From a virus, in IMG/VR virus record IMGVR_UViG_3300032820_000001, positions 1 to 64,000 of that record: DNA of 64,000 nucleotides, one strand, 5' to 3'. This document shows positions 34,449-43,925 of this stretch, in pieces. The notes under the pieces are model-generated. The model made no database searches. It had not been told where the DNA came from and saw nothing but the letters and a program-made list of their open reading frames with translations. Both the position numbers and the translations under genes were made by a program. The stretch's first letter is position 1. Each line of letters begins with the position of its first letter.

Positions 34449-35990
34449 TTATTGAGCATCGTCATCAACTAAAGCTTGGGTGGCAAGCTCATCGGCGTGA
34501 CCTTTGGTTTCCTTGGCGGATTCCACCGCTGCATCGGCGAACTTGGTGCGACGTGCTGCTGCGGTAGATAAAAAATATTCATTAACATTATCTGTGAGTG
34601 TTTTGAGGTTATCATACACCCCTTTGAGCTGCGTTTCAATCTTAACGGCGTAATTTTCCACAATCTGCTTGATAAATTCGGGACTTACATCGAGAACACC
34701 CGTGGCTTCATAATTTCCTTCCAAGCCTTTCATTTTAGATTGAGTGATGTGGAATTGAGTTCCCTCCTCTCCCTCCATGAGAACCCCCAATGGGCCTCTG
34801 GCTATGCGCTCCGTCAAGAAACACCTTTCTCTGGGCTCGCGGCTCTCCTGTACCAGTTCATCTTCAGGCTCCTCGGTGGGGAGTTCTGGCGCCTTGCCGC
34901 GTAAACCTGCGCCATGCTTCTTATAATACCCAATAGTATATCTTATAAGGCTGAAATAGTCTTGCGTATTATAGTTGGCTCTTTCAATTACGTCACGCAA
35001 CACTCCAATCGATTGGGGGACATCGAGATAAGTCTCTTTATCCCGCCAGTAGGCTGCGGCCTCTTTGCGCTTTATCCCCGCTTCCTTTAGCGCACTGATA
35101 AACAATTCGTCATTTAGAATTTCTTTATTAAGTCGCAACAATGCTTTGTTGTCTTTGTTTGTTTCCATGATGTTCATGAAGCTCGTGGAATCAATGGTAA
35201 ATTCATGAAACTCCAAAATGTCAGCCTTTTCAGACTTATCCTTAGCCACCACGACATATAATAAACTCTGGTCATCGCCTTCGGCCAACGTTCCCACAAG
35301 GTTGGCATAACTTCCCTTAATCTGGGTGCCGCCCTTGGTCAACAATTTTAAACTAATGGGATATCCTCCCACCATTTTACCCGTTTCCGGTTCCCTGGTT
35401 TGGATGGCCCGAAGATCGGTAATGTCGAGAGTTCCGCCTGCGCTTCGTTCCACTTCCTGACTTCCGTTAAGGAGTGCTGCCAAGAATCCTTCAAACACAA
35501 AGCCTGCGCTGGAAGCTGTGAAGTCTTTCACAACTGAAGATAAGGAGTCGAAGAATACGAGCGTTGATAGAATCTTTGCGGTTGATCGAACTTCTCGTCG
35601 ATTATAAGCAATGTTATTAATGTGATTGATCTTTCCCTTGAGGGTCTTACCGGGGAACTTAGAAAAGAATTTATAGACTTCACCGCGTGATGTGGAAGAG
35701 GGATCTCCCCATGCTTCGGTGGGAACAAGTTTGGGGATTGAAAAAGGAATTGCCTTCTCCTCCCCCTTCTTGGCCTTTACCATAGGTTTTTCTTTCTTGG
35801 CCTCCGCATGAATGCTTGGATTTTTGTCGGGGTCTTTTCCTTTAAAGCTGAGTTCATCGGTGTCATCACCATAAATTGAGACTCCCGATGTTTCGGCGCC
35901 GCCTCTGGTATAGGCTATTTGGCCCATTTTGGAGCCCATCTCCTGCAGGGCTTTCATTACTTCTTCTGCTAACCAGTCATTATATTTCAT
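34449..35990 (-). CDS. Large hypothetical protein, possible PD-(D/E)XK-like fold
   Basis: AGFVFEGFLAAL...DITD...ISLKLL. Confidence 0.5.
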   Translation of the reverse strand: MKYNDWLAEEVMKALQEMGSKMGQIAYTRGGAETSGVSIYGDDTDELSFKGKDPDKNPSIHAEAKKEKPMVKAKKGEEKAIPFSIPKLVPTEAWGDPSSTSRGEVYKFFSKFPGKTLKGKINHINNIAYNRREVRSTAKILSTLVFFDSLSSVVKDFTASSAGFVFEGFLAALLNGSQEVERSAGGTLDITDLRAIQTREPETGKMVGGYPISLKLLTKGGTQIKGSYANLVGTLAEGDDQSLLYVVVAKDKSEKADILEFHEFTIDSTSFMNIMETNKDNKALLRLNKEILNDELFISALKEAGIKRKEAAAYWRDKETYLDVPQSIGVLRDVIERANYNTQDYFSLIRYTIGYYKKHGAGLRGKAPELPTEEPEDELVQESREPRERCFLTERIARGPLGVLMEGEEGTQFHITQSKMKGLEGNYEATGVLDVSPEFIKQIVENYAVKIETQLKGVYDNLKTLTDNVNEYFLSTAAARRTKFADAAVESAKETKGHADELATQALVDDDAQ

Positions 35991-36861
35991 CTTTGATCTC
36001 CTTGATAACTTTTGCTAAATCCAGACACGCAGGATCAACTTTATTCTCCGTTACATGGTAGTGACATATCACCCCCTTAAACGCAGACGACTTAATTACG
36101 TTCTTAATTAGTTCGCCATTTTGGTTTGGGTATTCTAAAGGTACATTATAGAACTTGCACAGCGATTTTAATAGCTCTTTAAGGGCCTCGACCTGAACCT
36201 CGTAGAAATCCATGTGGGTCGGGAAAGGTTTTCCGTGTAGTGTGCTCTTGGGGAACATTGGTCGGGGCGGATCATATCTATCAATGTATTCTTTATAAAC
36301 AGCGTTGCTGATCTCAATGCCAATACTCTTAGAGTTGACGCCTCGTGCATGCCATGCAACATGGTTGGTGTCCATGAGCTGGTGGATGGTGCCGTCATTG
36401 TCGATGCAGAAGTGGGCAGAGAGCCCTCGTTGTCCCAAGATTTTTGCACACTGAGTTGAGCTTAAGCACCCATCCCAATGAACCACAATTTTGTCAATCG
36501 ATGACATGCGGTTGCCGCTGACAGACTTATATTGATTTGACTTGCACATCAGGGCTCCTGGGGATGTCCATAAAATGGTGTCTTCCCAATCAATTGTCAC
36601 CTCTACGTCATTACAAATTATCTTCTTGTCAATGTTGTCAATTTCAAATTGCTCTCTGGCGAGTTCCAACTCATCATCTGGCAGATCTGCAGTGGTGAAT
36701 ATCTCATTCCCATCCCGATCCACTCCAAGCCTTTGTTGGTTGAGTTTCTCCAGCTCCTCGTAGAATGGAGCAGAGGGAGTCATAATTTTTTCTCTTCTTC
36801 TCGTTTTTCTCCCGAAAATTAATCCCAGGATAGCTTCAAGGATTGTCATCAACAGCTTCAT
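35980..36861 (-). CDS. N-acetylmuramoyl-L-alanine amidase (Amidase_2; endolysin)
   Basis: IVVHWD...SAHFCIDNDGTIHQL...AWHA...SIGIE...HYHV...K.DP. Confidence 0.9.
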   Translation of the reverse strand: MKLLMTILEAILGLIFGRKTRRREKIMTPSAPFYEELEKLNQQRLGVDRDGNEIFTTADLPDDELELAREQFEIDNIDKKIICNDVEVTIDWEDTILWTSPGALMCKSNQYKSVSGNRMSSIDKIVVHWDGCLSSTQCAKILGQRGLSAHFCIDNDGTIHQLMDTNHVAWHARGVNSKSIGIEISNAVYKEYIDRYDPPRPMFPKSTLHGKPFPTHMDFYEVQVEALKELLKSLCKFYNVPLEYPNQNGELIKNVIKSSAFKGVICHYHVTENKVDPACLDLAKVIKEIKDEI

Positions 36862-37255
36862 GTTGTGTCTCCTCTGTTGACAAATTGTTGTATGCCGCGA
36901 GTTGGGCCATTGCGTCGTCCCAGTTTTCGATATTTAGGTAGGGTTTGTACACTTCGGGATAGGATTCAATAAATGTTTGAATGATTTGTTTTCTCCATTC
37001 CCGCAAGTCATGTTCATCCTCGTTGCGGAGAACTTTGATCTTCTGCTCATCTATCCCGGTAATCTCCATGGCCATGTAGCCAGCTTCCAAGCTCATGATC
37101 ATGCGTGTGTACATCTTCACCGTGAAGGTGAGGATCTCGTTCTCTACCACCTGTAAGAGATGGCTCTTCAATCCAAAGATAATTGCCAAGGCGCTATACA
37201 CCTTATGAAAAAAGATCCCTGCCAAAAACGCTATAACTATATATACCAATGTCAT
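36836..37255 (-). CDS. Membrane-anchored hypothetical protein
   Basis: N-terminal TM segments; next to the amidase. Confidence 0.55.
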   Translation of the reverse strand: MTLVYIVIAFLAGIFFHKVYSALAIIFGLKSHLLQVVENEILTFTVKMYTRMIMSLEAGYMAMEITGIDEQKIKVLRNEDEHDLREWRKQIIQTFIESYPEVYKPYLNIENWDDAMAQLAAYNNLSTEETQHEAVDDNP

Positions 37256-37266
37256 ATTTCACTCCA

Positions 37267-37322
37267 TACAAAAAAACACTGCTCTGTCATTATACAACAT
37301 AGCAGTGTTTTTGTAAAGTGTT
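37267..37322 (-). promoter_or_regulatory. Promoter embedded in a terminator-like inverted repeat
   Basis: TTTACA-17-TATAAT (37289-37317); arms 37267-37283 and 37301-37315 (AAAACACTGCT/AGCAGTGTTTT) followed by a T tract on the minus strand. Confidence 0.6.
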
Positions 37323-37334
37323 TTCGAACAAGTA

Positions 37335-38162
37335 TTACTTATTCAAGCGGCTGATTACTTTAGAAGTAATTTCAGCAACTAAAGCGTCGACTGAGCTTTT
37401 CTTTTTCTTGGACTCATTCGTCCCCTCATAGTCTTCGCGGCTCTTGGACTGGTCGCCTTTTTTGGCTCCGCCTTCGGCAACCTTAGCTTCGGCCATTTCG
37501 ACTTCTTCTTCGTCGTCAATCATGACTTCTTCTTCGCCGCCGGCCATGGGCTCAGGTAAAGGCTCTTCCATTCCCGCTTCTTCTTCAGTGTCGCTCACCG
37601 TCACCATTTCGGTTCCAGTAGCTTGATTCAGAAGAGCTGCGAGGTCGTCAAGAATTGCTTTGGCGCGTGTGGCCAAGTCACCTTCGTCGGCGCCAGCTTC
37701 AGCGTCAGCAGCCATGTCTTCAATGTCGGCATCCATGGCAACTTCTTCGTCACCGCCTTCATAGTCGAGATGGCCAGGATCGGTTTCGGACTCATCGCCC
37801 TTGTTTCCGCCCCATTCTTCATCTTCTTCGTCATCTTCAGCGATGCGAAGGTTTTCATTTTTGGCGTCGGCTTCTTCAACCGCATCTTCGCCTTCATGAA
37901 CGCGATCAGTGAGGTTCATACCTCGTTCGGGGCCTTTTGCTGCGTTTTCAGTACGCTTGGCAGTACCACCTTCTTCAACGGTCTCTGCTTCTTCAACAGA
38001 GTCTGCTTCTTTAACAACCTCATCGCCTTCTTTCACTTCCTCTTCATTAACTTCTTCTTCGCTCACTTGTGATTCCAAGAAGGATTCTGAAAGTGGAGCG
38101 AGGTTAGCTAATCCCATGAAACGACGAACAGTTGATTCGTTTAAAAGTTTCTTGTTACTCAT
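37335..38162 (-). CDS. Highly acidic protein (scaffold/head-internal-like)
   Basis: Very Glu/Asp-rich; N-terminal KKLLNESTVRRFM; two GG.KGD.S...DYEG motifs. Confidence 0.5.
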   Translation of the reverse strand: MSNKKLLNESTVRRFMGLANLAPLSESFLESQVSEEEVNEEEVKEGDEVVKEADSVEEAETVEEGGTAKRTENAAKGPERGMNLTDRVHEGEDAVEEADAKNENLRIAEDDEEDEEWGGNKGDESETDPGHLDYEGGDEEVAMDADIEDMAADAEAGADEGDLATRAKAILDDLAALLNQATGTEMVTVSDTEEEAGMEEPLPEPMAGGEEEVMIDDEEEVEMAEAKVAEGGAKKGDQSKSREDYEGTNESKKKKSSVDALVAEITSKVISRLNK

Positions 38163-38266
38163 AGTATACTATCTCCTCTTGATGTTTAAATCGATTTTTT
38201 CAAGATTTACTCTGCAAACTGCAGAATAACTATTATAAATAGTGTGGGTCTTTGCAAAAACCCCTT

Positions 38267-38575
38267 TTATTTAGCCGAAAGCGGTTTTTCAATACGTTTC
38301 TTTAATTTTTGAACAGCGGCCTTTTCAATTTGACACACCCGAACAAAACTTATGCGAAGTCTTTCGCCAATTTCTCTGAGGGTGAGCCCTCCTTCGTGTT
38401 TATCCACAGCCACCAAAGTGCAATTAAGATCCTCTTCATAATCAATCCAGTGTTTACACTCCGAGTTAGGGCAAGAAACTTTGCTCCTTTTACACGCTGT
38501 CATACATCTTGGCTCAACGGTAGGGGCATCCAGAAACACATTAAGCAAATCAGACATCGTATTCCTCCAACTCAA
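38267..38575 (-). CDS. Stand-alone sigma70 region-4 HTH protein with N-terminal Cys cluster
   Basis: LTLREIGERLRISFVRVCQIEKAAVQKL is the sigma 4.2 motif; five N-terminal Cys. Confidence 0.8.
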   Translation of the reverse strand: MSWRNTMSDLLNVFLDAPTVEPRCMTACKRSKVSCPNSECKHWIDYEEDLNCTLVAVDKHEGGLTLREIGERLRISFVRVCQIEKAAVQKLKKRIEKPLSAK

Positions 38576-38915
38576 TCAAGTCGAAGATGTTCTCGATATC
38601 TTCTGGGGATAATGCAAACCGACGGTCTACATCGTCTGCCTCTTCTCGTTCTTTCCTTATCATTTTTCTATTCCTTTTATTATCAATTTGTTTAGTCTCT
38701 TTATATTCCTCGAAGAAAGCAGTGAGGTGCTTGTTGTCTCCGATGAAGCCGCCAACCAAGGCCCGAAAAAATTCTGTCTTGGTTAGTTTTTCATACTCCA
38801 GCTTCATGATGAGATTCACATACACGGTATCGGTGCTATCATAATAAAGTGTTGGGTACACCCGACGATTAAGTTGGCCATACTCTTCAATTTTTTCTCC
38901 CGGAATTTTAGACAT
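38550..38915 (-). CDS. Hypothetical protein
   Basis: 121 aa ORF. Confidence 0.6.
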   Translation of the reverse strand: MSKIPGEKIEEYGQLNRRVYPTLYYDSTDTVYVNLIMKLEYEKLTKTEFFRALVGGFIGDNKHLTAFFEEYKETKQIDNKRNRKMIRKEREEADDVDRRFALSPEDIENIFDLIELEEYDV

Positions 38916-39189
38916 TCGGTGTTGCCCGATCCCGAAGGCGCTGGTCGAAATCCTTCACCAATTCCTGGGCCTTTGACCAGCAGTCGGGACAGTACAAACG
39001 AACTGTTTCGGGGTCATGGCGCACGACCACGCTCCAGCTCATCACCTGTTCTCTATTCTGGCGGTCGAACGGCTCCTCGCATGCAAGGCACTCTTCAGGC
39101 AATTGATCGAAGAGACCCATTTTCTCCTCCACATCCTTTTGGATTTGCTTATGTTTCTTCTTGTTCTTTAATTTCCTAACCATACTCAC
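38908..39189 (-). CDS. Zn-ribbon protein
   Basis: CLAC...LYCPDC. Confidence 0.6.
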   Translation of the reverse strand: MSMVRKLKNKKKHKQIQKDVEEKMGLFDQLPEECLACEEPFDRQNREQVMSWSVVVRHDPETVRLYCPDCWSKAQELVKDFDQRLRDRATPNV

Positions 39190-39191
39190 TC

Positions 39192-39668
39192 CTACATCGC
39201 CGTCAATAACGGTACGCCTGGGGCACCTGACTCTGAGGTTCCAAAAATAACAACAGCCGATGGGAAGGGAGCAGAATTTCTTCCGCCGCCGAACTTCAGG
39301 CGCCCTTTGATGAGCCTAATCTCATCGGCCTTCATCACATAGTCGTGCCAATAGCGCGTATCCGTTCGAGCCGGGATGAGCATCACAACGGTGGTGCCTT
39401 TGGCCTGGGCCGATTGGTATGCCTTCTTAACCCACAGGCCGATGGCTCGGCCATAAGGGGGGTTAACGAATGCGGTATGGCCTGACCAATCTTGGATGAG
39501 GCCATCATCTTCGGGGGTGAAATATTTTGAGCACACCGCGTTGTGGCTCTGGGCGCAGGGATCAAGATCAAAAGAAAATTCTTTGTCTAGCTCCTGAAAG
39601 AAACTGTGTGGTGTGGACCACTCCAAACTCTTGCTGCTAAACAGCGTTTCCATATCATGCTTTCTCAT
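39192..39668 (-). CDS. Phage DNA N6-adenine methyltransferase (phage Dam family)
   Basis: EWSTP...FDLDPCA...AFVNPPYGR...MLIPARTDT.YWH...GRLKF...APFPS. Confidence 0.92.
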   Translation of the reverse strand: MRKHDMETLFSSKSLEWSTPHSFFQELDKEFSFDLDPCAQSHNAVCSKYFTPEDDGLIQDWSGHTAFVNPPYGRAIGLWVKKAYQSAQAKGTTVVMLIPARTDTRYWHDYVMKADEIRLIKGRLKFGGGRNSAPFPSAVVIFGTSESGAPGVPLLTAM

Positions 39669-40215
39669 TTCGAGCCTCCTTGAGTTCATTATACTTCTTC
39701 TGCAGCAAATCCTTTTGCTCCTTCGCCGAGGTAGGCGTGTCTGTAGAGCCTAAAGATCCCGCGCCTCGGTCGCTAATTGTGATGGGATACCAATTATAAA
39801 GGTTGCCTGTATTAGTCTCCAACGCTCGAAAGTGAACCACTGGAACCATGACTGCTTGGGCAATCTTATCCTTTGGGATAATTGTCTGGGGCTTCTTGCC
39901 AATGTTGTGAAGGTTGACAAACACCTCTCCGTCGTACCCGCTGTCCACCACGCAAGCACCAACAATGAGGCTGCGCTTGGCTGCAATACTGGATCTGTTC
40001 TTGATCTCAATCATATATCCATGAGGTACACCAAACCGATAGCCTGTGGCCAGTAGCTTGCTCTCTCCTGGCTCAATGACAATCGAATCATTATCGGGGT
40101 GAGGAAGGAAGCCTTCCGGCTCTGGGTTGAAGTACAGGTCTAGTCCTGCGTCTGATGGGTTGGCCCTCTCTGGAGGGAAGGCACTCTCTCTAACTCTGCA
40201 AAATTCTAAAATCAT
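39655..40215 (-). CDS. dut: dUTPase (trimeric)
   Basis: AGLDL, RSSIA, VVDSGYDGE, RIAQ-like KIAQAV, RGAGSLGSTD. Confidence 0.93.
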   Translation of the reverse strand: MILEFCRVRESAFPPERANPSDAGLDLYFNPEPEGFLPHPDNDSIVIEPGESKLLATGYRFGVPHGYMIEIKNRSSIAAKRSLIVGACVVDSGYDGEVFVNLHNIGKKPQTIIPKDKIAQAVMVPVVHFRALETNTGNLYNWYPITISDRGAGSLGSTDTPTSAKEQKDLLQKKYNELKEARNEKA

Positions 40216-40224
40216 AATTTCTCC

Positions 40225-40461
40225 TTAGTTGATTTCTGTCTTCTCTAATTCCCGCAGCATCATCCAATTCAAAACATCGAATGGACCGCCGTAGGTAACG
40301 ATAACTTCATACTCGCTATCTTTATATTTCTCGTTCAATTCCTCACAGGCAGCATCGGTTTCTTCGGCTCCCCGAAGGGTACGGCGCTCCTCGATCTTGA
40401 GCTTCGTGTTGTGTATCACCACAACTGAATTAAATTTTCTTTTCTTTTTCTCTCCCGTCAT
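40225..40461 (-). CDS. Hypothetical protein
   Basis: 78 aa ORF. Confidence 0.5.
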   Translation of the reverse strand: MTGEKKKRKFNSVVVIHNTKLKIEERRTLRGAEETDAACEELNEKYKDSEYEVIVTYGGPFDVLNWMMLRELEKTEIN

Positions 40462-43400
40462 CCTAAAACCCTGAAGTTATGATATATGCTGCGTGTGGAG
40501 AATCCCCACTGCTCGCTGAAATCTAACTTCGCCATGTAAGGCCGGTTGATTTGAATTCTATCTCTATGCTCTTTAACTCCCCAGCACTTAATGTGTGTGA
40601 GGACACTGTTTTCATCCACCACCTCGATAACCCAATAGGTCTTGTCGTTCTTGGTCTTTCGTGCCGTCACTTTTCGTGGGACAAACCACACCAAGTTCAA
40701 GTCGGGGTCGTAGTCTGAAATTGCTGGTACGCAGTATTCCTTTAGCCTTTGTTGGATGGGCTCATCAACGACAAGATGAATTGGGAACACCCCAGTTAGG
40801 CTGGCCAGATATTCAATCTTCTCCTCGATGGCGAAGTCTCCCTCCGGTGCGTACATCTCAATATTATCCTCTAAGTCTTTCTCTTTCCGGGGGCGTTCGA
40901 CTGCCACCGCTGACCAGTAATGTTTGAGGCCAGTGAATCGATCATCCATCAGGCAATTCAATGCTTGGCTTCTCACCAAAACATCAAGAGCTTTCTTGTT
41001 GAGTTTGCTGTACACCATGTCCTCGTTGAAGAGAAAGTCCTCAATTTTGTGGAAGGGGCGGCCATTGAAGATTTGCTCAATTGCCGACTCACCAAGTCCC
41101 TTGATGGAGGTGAGGGGTTGAATGAGCGCGTGGCCATCATCCGATATTTCCCATACCCTTCCAGATGTGTTGACGTTTAACTTCTCAATGCCAAAGCCCA
41201 AACTCTTTGCGACATTGATTGCCGCCTCTTTTCGTCCTTCGGGCTCTTTGTCGAGAAATGCTGCCATCCATTCAACTGGATAATAGTTGAGCAGATGAGC
41301 ACACTGATAAGATAGCGTAGCATAAGAAACCGCATGTGATGCGTTGAAGCCATAGCCTGAGAAGAATTCCATCTTCTCCCACAATTCCATTGCTTGTTGC
41401 TCAGTAATTCCCTTGTCGACACATCCGTCGACAAACTTAAGTCGGATCTTTTCTAATTCTTTTGCGCCCTTGCCTGTTCCTTTTTTGGTTAAGAGCTTGC
41501 GAAGGGCATTCCCCTCGTCCAAAGATATATCACGACCAAGTTTGTGCGCCAACAAAGCCAGCTGCTCTTGGAAAATAATGAAGCCATAAGTTTCTTCAAG
41601 GCACTCTTTGATAACCGGATGGCCATATTCAATTTCTTCTGGATTCTTTATTGCCTTCGCATAACGTTTGGCAACACCTGCAGACAGAGGGCCCGGTCGA
41701 TAGATCGCAGTGATGGCTGACAGATCTGCAAGACTTGTGGGCTTCGTATCTTTGCAGAATTTTTGTGCCCCATCTTGAGTGAATTGAAAAACGCCAGCCC
41801 ACTTTCCTTTCTGGAATATGTTCTTCCATACTTTCTGATCATCAAAGTCAATTGTATCTGGGTGAAGGTGTTTCTCGTAATACGCTTTTACCTGCGCGAA
41901 AGTGGGTTCCGGTATATCATGCTTCCTTATTAGGATGTGACGTATCGCTCCCTCAATCATGCGAAGTGAAGCGAGTCCCAAGATATCAAACTTAATAAAA
42001 CCCATGGGCTCCAAGTGACGCACGTTCTGTCCCTCACTCCACGGTGTCTGCCGGACACCACCGGATGAGATGAGGGGCATGTGATGGTCGAGGTTCTCGC
42101 CCACCAAAATTCCACCAGCGTGGCGTGAACAGCTTCGCGTACTCCCAAAGATTCTCAACACATGCGTCTTTACTTGAGGGTATTTGTTCAAGAAAGCCTT
42201 GAGACTATCTGAATATTCTAATACCTCTTCAAAGGTTGGGGCGTATACACCTGCAGCAATTCCATTAGCTTCCTTCGCTCTGGGTGTTGCCTCGTGGATC
42301 ATTTTACTTGTAACCCCATTGGCCTCAGCGAAGTCGATGTTGTAAAATTTGGAGATGTCTTTGATGAGTGATCTCAATTGGAGAGTGTTCCAGTTAGAGA
42401 TGGGAACCACAACGTTGTCTCCCCACTCCTTAATGAACATATCTTTTAGTTCCATTGGATCGGCCACATCATAATCAATATCAGGGTAGTCTACTGTATC
42501 CTTCCGTAAGAATCTCTCGAACTGGAGGTTGTATTTGATGGGATCAATTTGCGTGATGTTAAGACAATAAGCAATGAGTGAGCCTGCGGCTGACCCTCGT
42601 CCTGCACCCACAAGCTGCGCCTCTTGTGCCTTGTCTGAAATAGCTCTCATAGTCAAAAAGTATTTACTAAAACCTCTGGAGCTGATAACATCAAACTCTT
42701 GTTCAATTCTCTCCTCGTAATTTTTCTTTCCGGTGAGGCCACGCTTTGCAAGACCATCGCGGGTGAAGCCCATCAAAGCGTCGTCTGCAGTCATACCTTC
42801 TGGTACAACGAAATCAGGAAGTCGCACCGTGTTGTCGGGAAAGAAAGACTCAATCTTTTCGTGGGCAATTTCATACGTGCGCTCGATGCTGTCCAAGATT
42901 AATTTCTCATCATACTCCACGCCTTTAGGAAATAGCGGTGTGTCTTTCTCTCGGTAAGACCAGTTGTCTGGCTGAGAGTATTTGCGATATGCTTCGAGCA
43001 TCTCGTCACCGTTCTTGGGGTAGAGTTCACACCGAGTCTCATCGATGGTGTCGGGCAACGTCGCTTCGGCGAGGCCCTTACGCAACCATCCCAGCTTTCG
43101 ATAGAGTTCCCGGTCTTTCCACGATTTCTTATCTGGGTAGTGACTATCTGAAGTCGAGACAAGTTGAATATCAAACTCGGCGCATACCTTAATAACAAAT
43201 TTATTAATAGCATGTTGATCGGGGATAGCGTTCCATTGTACTTCTCCGTAAAAATTATCTCCGAAGATTTCTTTGAAGCGGCTGGCGGTCTTACGCATAG
43301 CGGCGAAAACTGCATCTTCGCCCTCTCCTCGGTTGGCCCAATAATCACCGGCAAATACACCACCCATGCAGGCGCTTGCTACAATAATCCCTTCGCCATA

Positions 43401-43922
43401 TTTCTCCAACATTTCGAAGTCGATGCGAGGATAGCGATAGAAGTTTTTGGGAGTGTAAGATTCCGAAACCATCTTGAAAAGATTGTTCAGCCCCTTCTGA
43501 TTACGAACCAGCAGAATAAGATGACTACGCCGAGACAGAATATCTTTAACAGCACTTTTGCTTGCTGCTTCATCTTCGACTGTCGTTCCGGTAGCCTCTC
43601 CATCACTCTTGGCCCTCTTCTTATCTAGTTCGGCCAATTGCTTTTCTTCGCGCCACTCTGGTAAAGAGGGTACAAAATATGCTTCACACCCATAGATCGG
43701 CTTAAAATCCTTACCACTCGCCTGCATTTCCTTCGCGTGGAGTACCTGATACGCGAGGCCATTCATGTTCCCATGATCGGTGAGCGCCAATGCATCCATA
43801 CCATTTTGATAGGCTGAGTCCATGTGTTCTTGTGGATAACCAAGTGCATCGAATGGCGAACCTGCCACACTGTGGGCATGCAGCCCGACGTACTTTACTT
43901 TTGAATTTTCTCGTTCGGTCAT
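40458..43922 (-). CDS. dnaE: DNA polymerase III alpha subunit (family C)
   Basis: PHP domain (HAHS, TDHG, GCE, SDSHY); GRGSAAGSL; PDIDYD; SRHAGG; KFDILGL; YRPGP; FSGYGFNASHA; no intein seen. Confidence 0.97.
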   Translation of the reverse strand: MTERENSKVKYVGLHAHSVAGSPFDALGYPQEHMDSAYQNGMDALALTDHGNMNGLAYQVLHAKEMQASGKDFKPIYGCEAYFVPSLPEWREEKQLAELDKKRAKSDGEATGTTVEDEAASKSAVKDILSRRSHLILLVRNQKGLNNLFKMVSESYTPKNFYRYPRIDFEMLEKYGEGIIVASACMGGVFAGDYWANRGEGEDAVFAAMRKTASRFKEIFGDNFYGEVQWNAIPDQHAINKFVIKVCAEFDIQLVSTSDSHYPDKKSWKDRELYRKLGWLRKGLAEATLPDTIDETRCELYPKNGDEMLEAYRKYSQPDNWSYREKDTPLFPKGVEYDEKLILDSIERTYEIAHEKIESFFPDNTVRLPDFVVPEGMTADDALMGFTRDGLAKRGLTGKKNYEERIEQEFDVISSRGFSKYFLTMRAISDKAQEAQLVGAGRGSAAGSLIAYCLNITQIDPIKYNLQFERFLRKDTVDYPDIDYDVADPMELKDMFIKEWGDNVVVPISNWNTLQLRSLIKDISKFYNIDFAEANGVTSKMIHEATPRAKEANGIAAGVYAPTFEEVLEYSDSLKAFLNKYPQVKTHVLRIFGSTRSCSRHAGGILVGENLDHHMPLISSGGVRQTPWSEGQNVRHLEPMGFIKFDILGLASLRMIEGAIRHILIRKHDIPEPTFAQVKAYYEKHLHPDTIDFDDQKVWKNIFQKGKWAGVFQFTQDGAQKFCKDTKPTSLADLSAITAIYRPGPLSAGVAKRYAKAIKNPEEIEYGHPVIKECLEETYGFIIFQEQLALLAHKLGRDISLDEGNALRKLLTKKGTGKGAKELEKIRLKFVDGCVDKGITEQQAMELWEKMEFFSGYGFNASHAVSYATLSYQCAHLLNYYPVEWMAAFLDKEPEGRKEAAINVAKSLGFGIEKLNVNTSGRVWEISDDGHALIQPLTSIKGLGESAIEQIFNGRPFHKIEDFLFNEDMVYSKLNKKALDVLVRSQALNCLMDDRFTGLKHYWSAVAVERPRKEKDLEDNIEMYAPEGDFAIEEKIEYLASLTGVFPIHLVVDEPIQQRLKEYCVPAISDYDPDLNLVWFVPRKVTARKTKNDKTYWVIEVVDENSVLTHIKCWGVKEHRDRIQINRPYMAKLDFSEQWGFSTRSIYHNFRVLG

Positions 43923-43925
43923 AAT

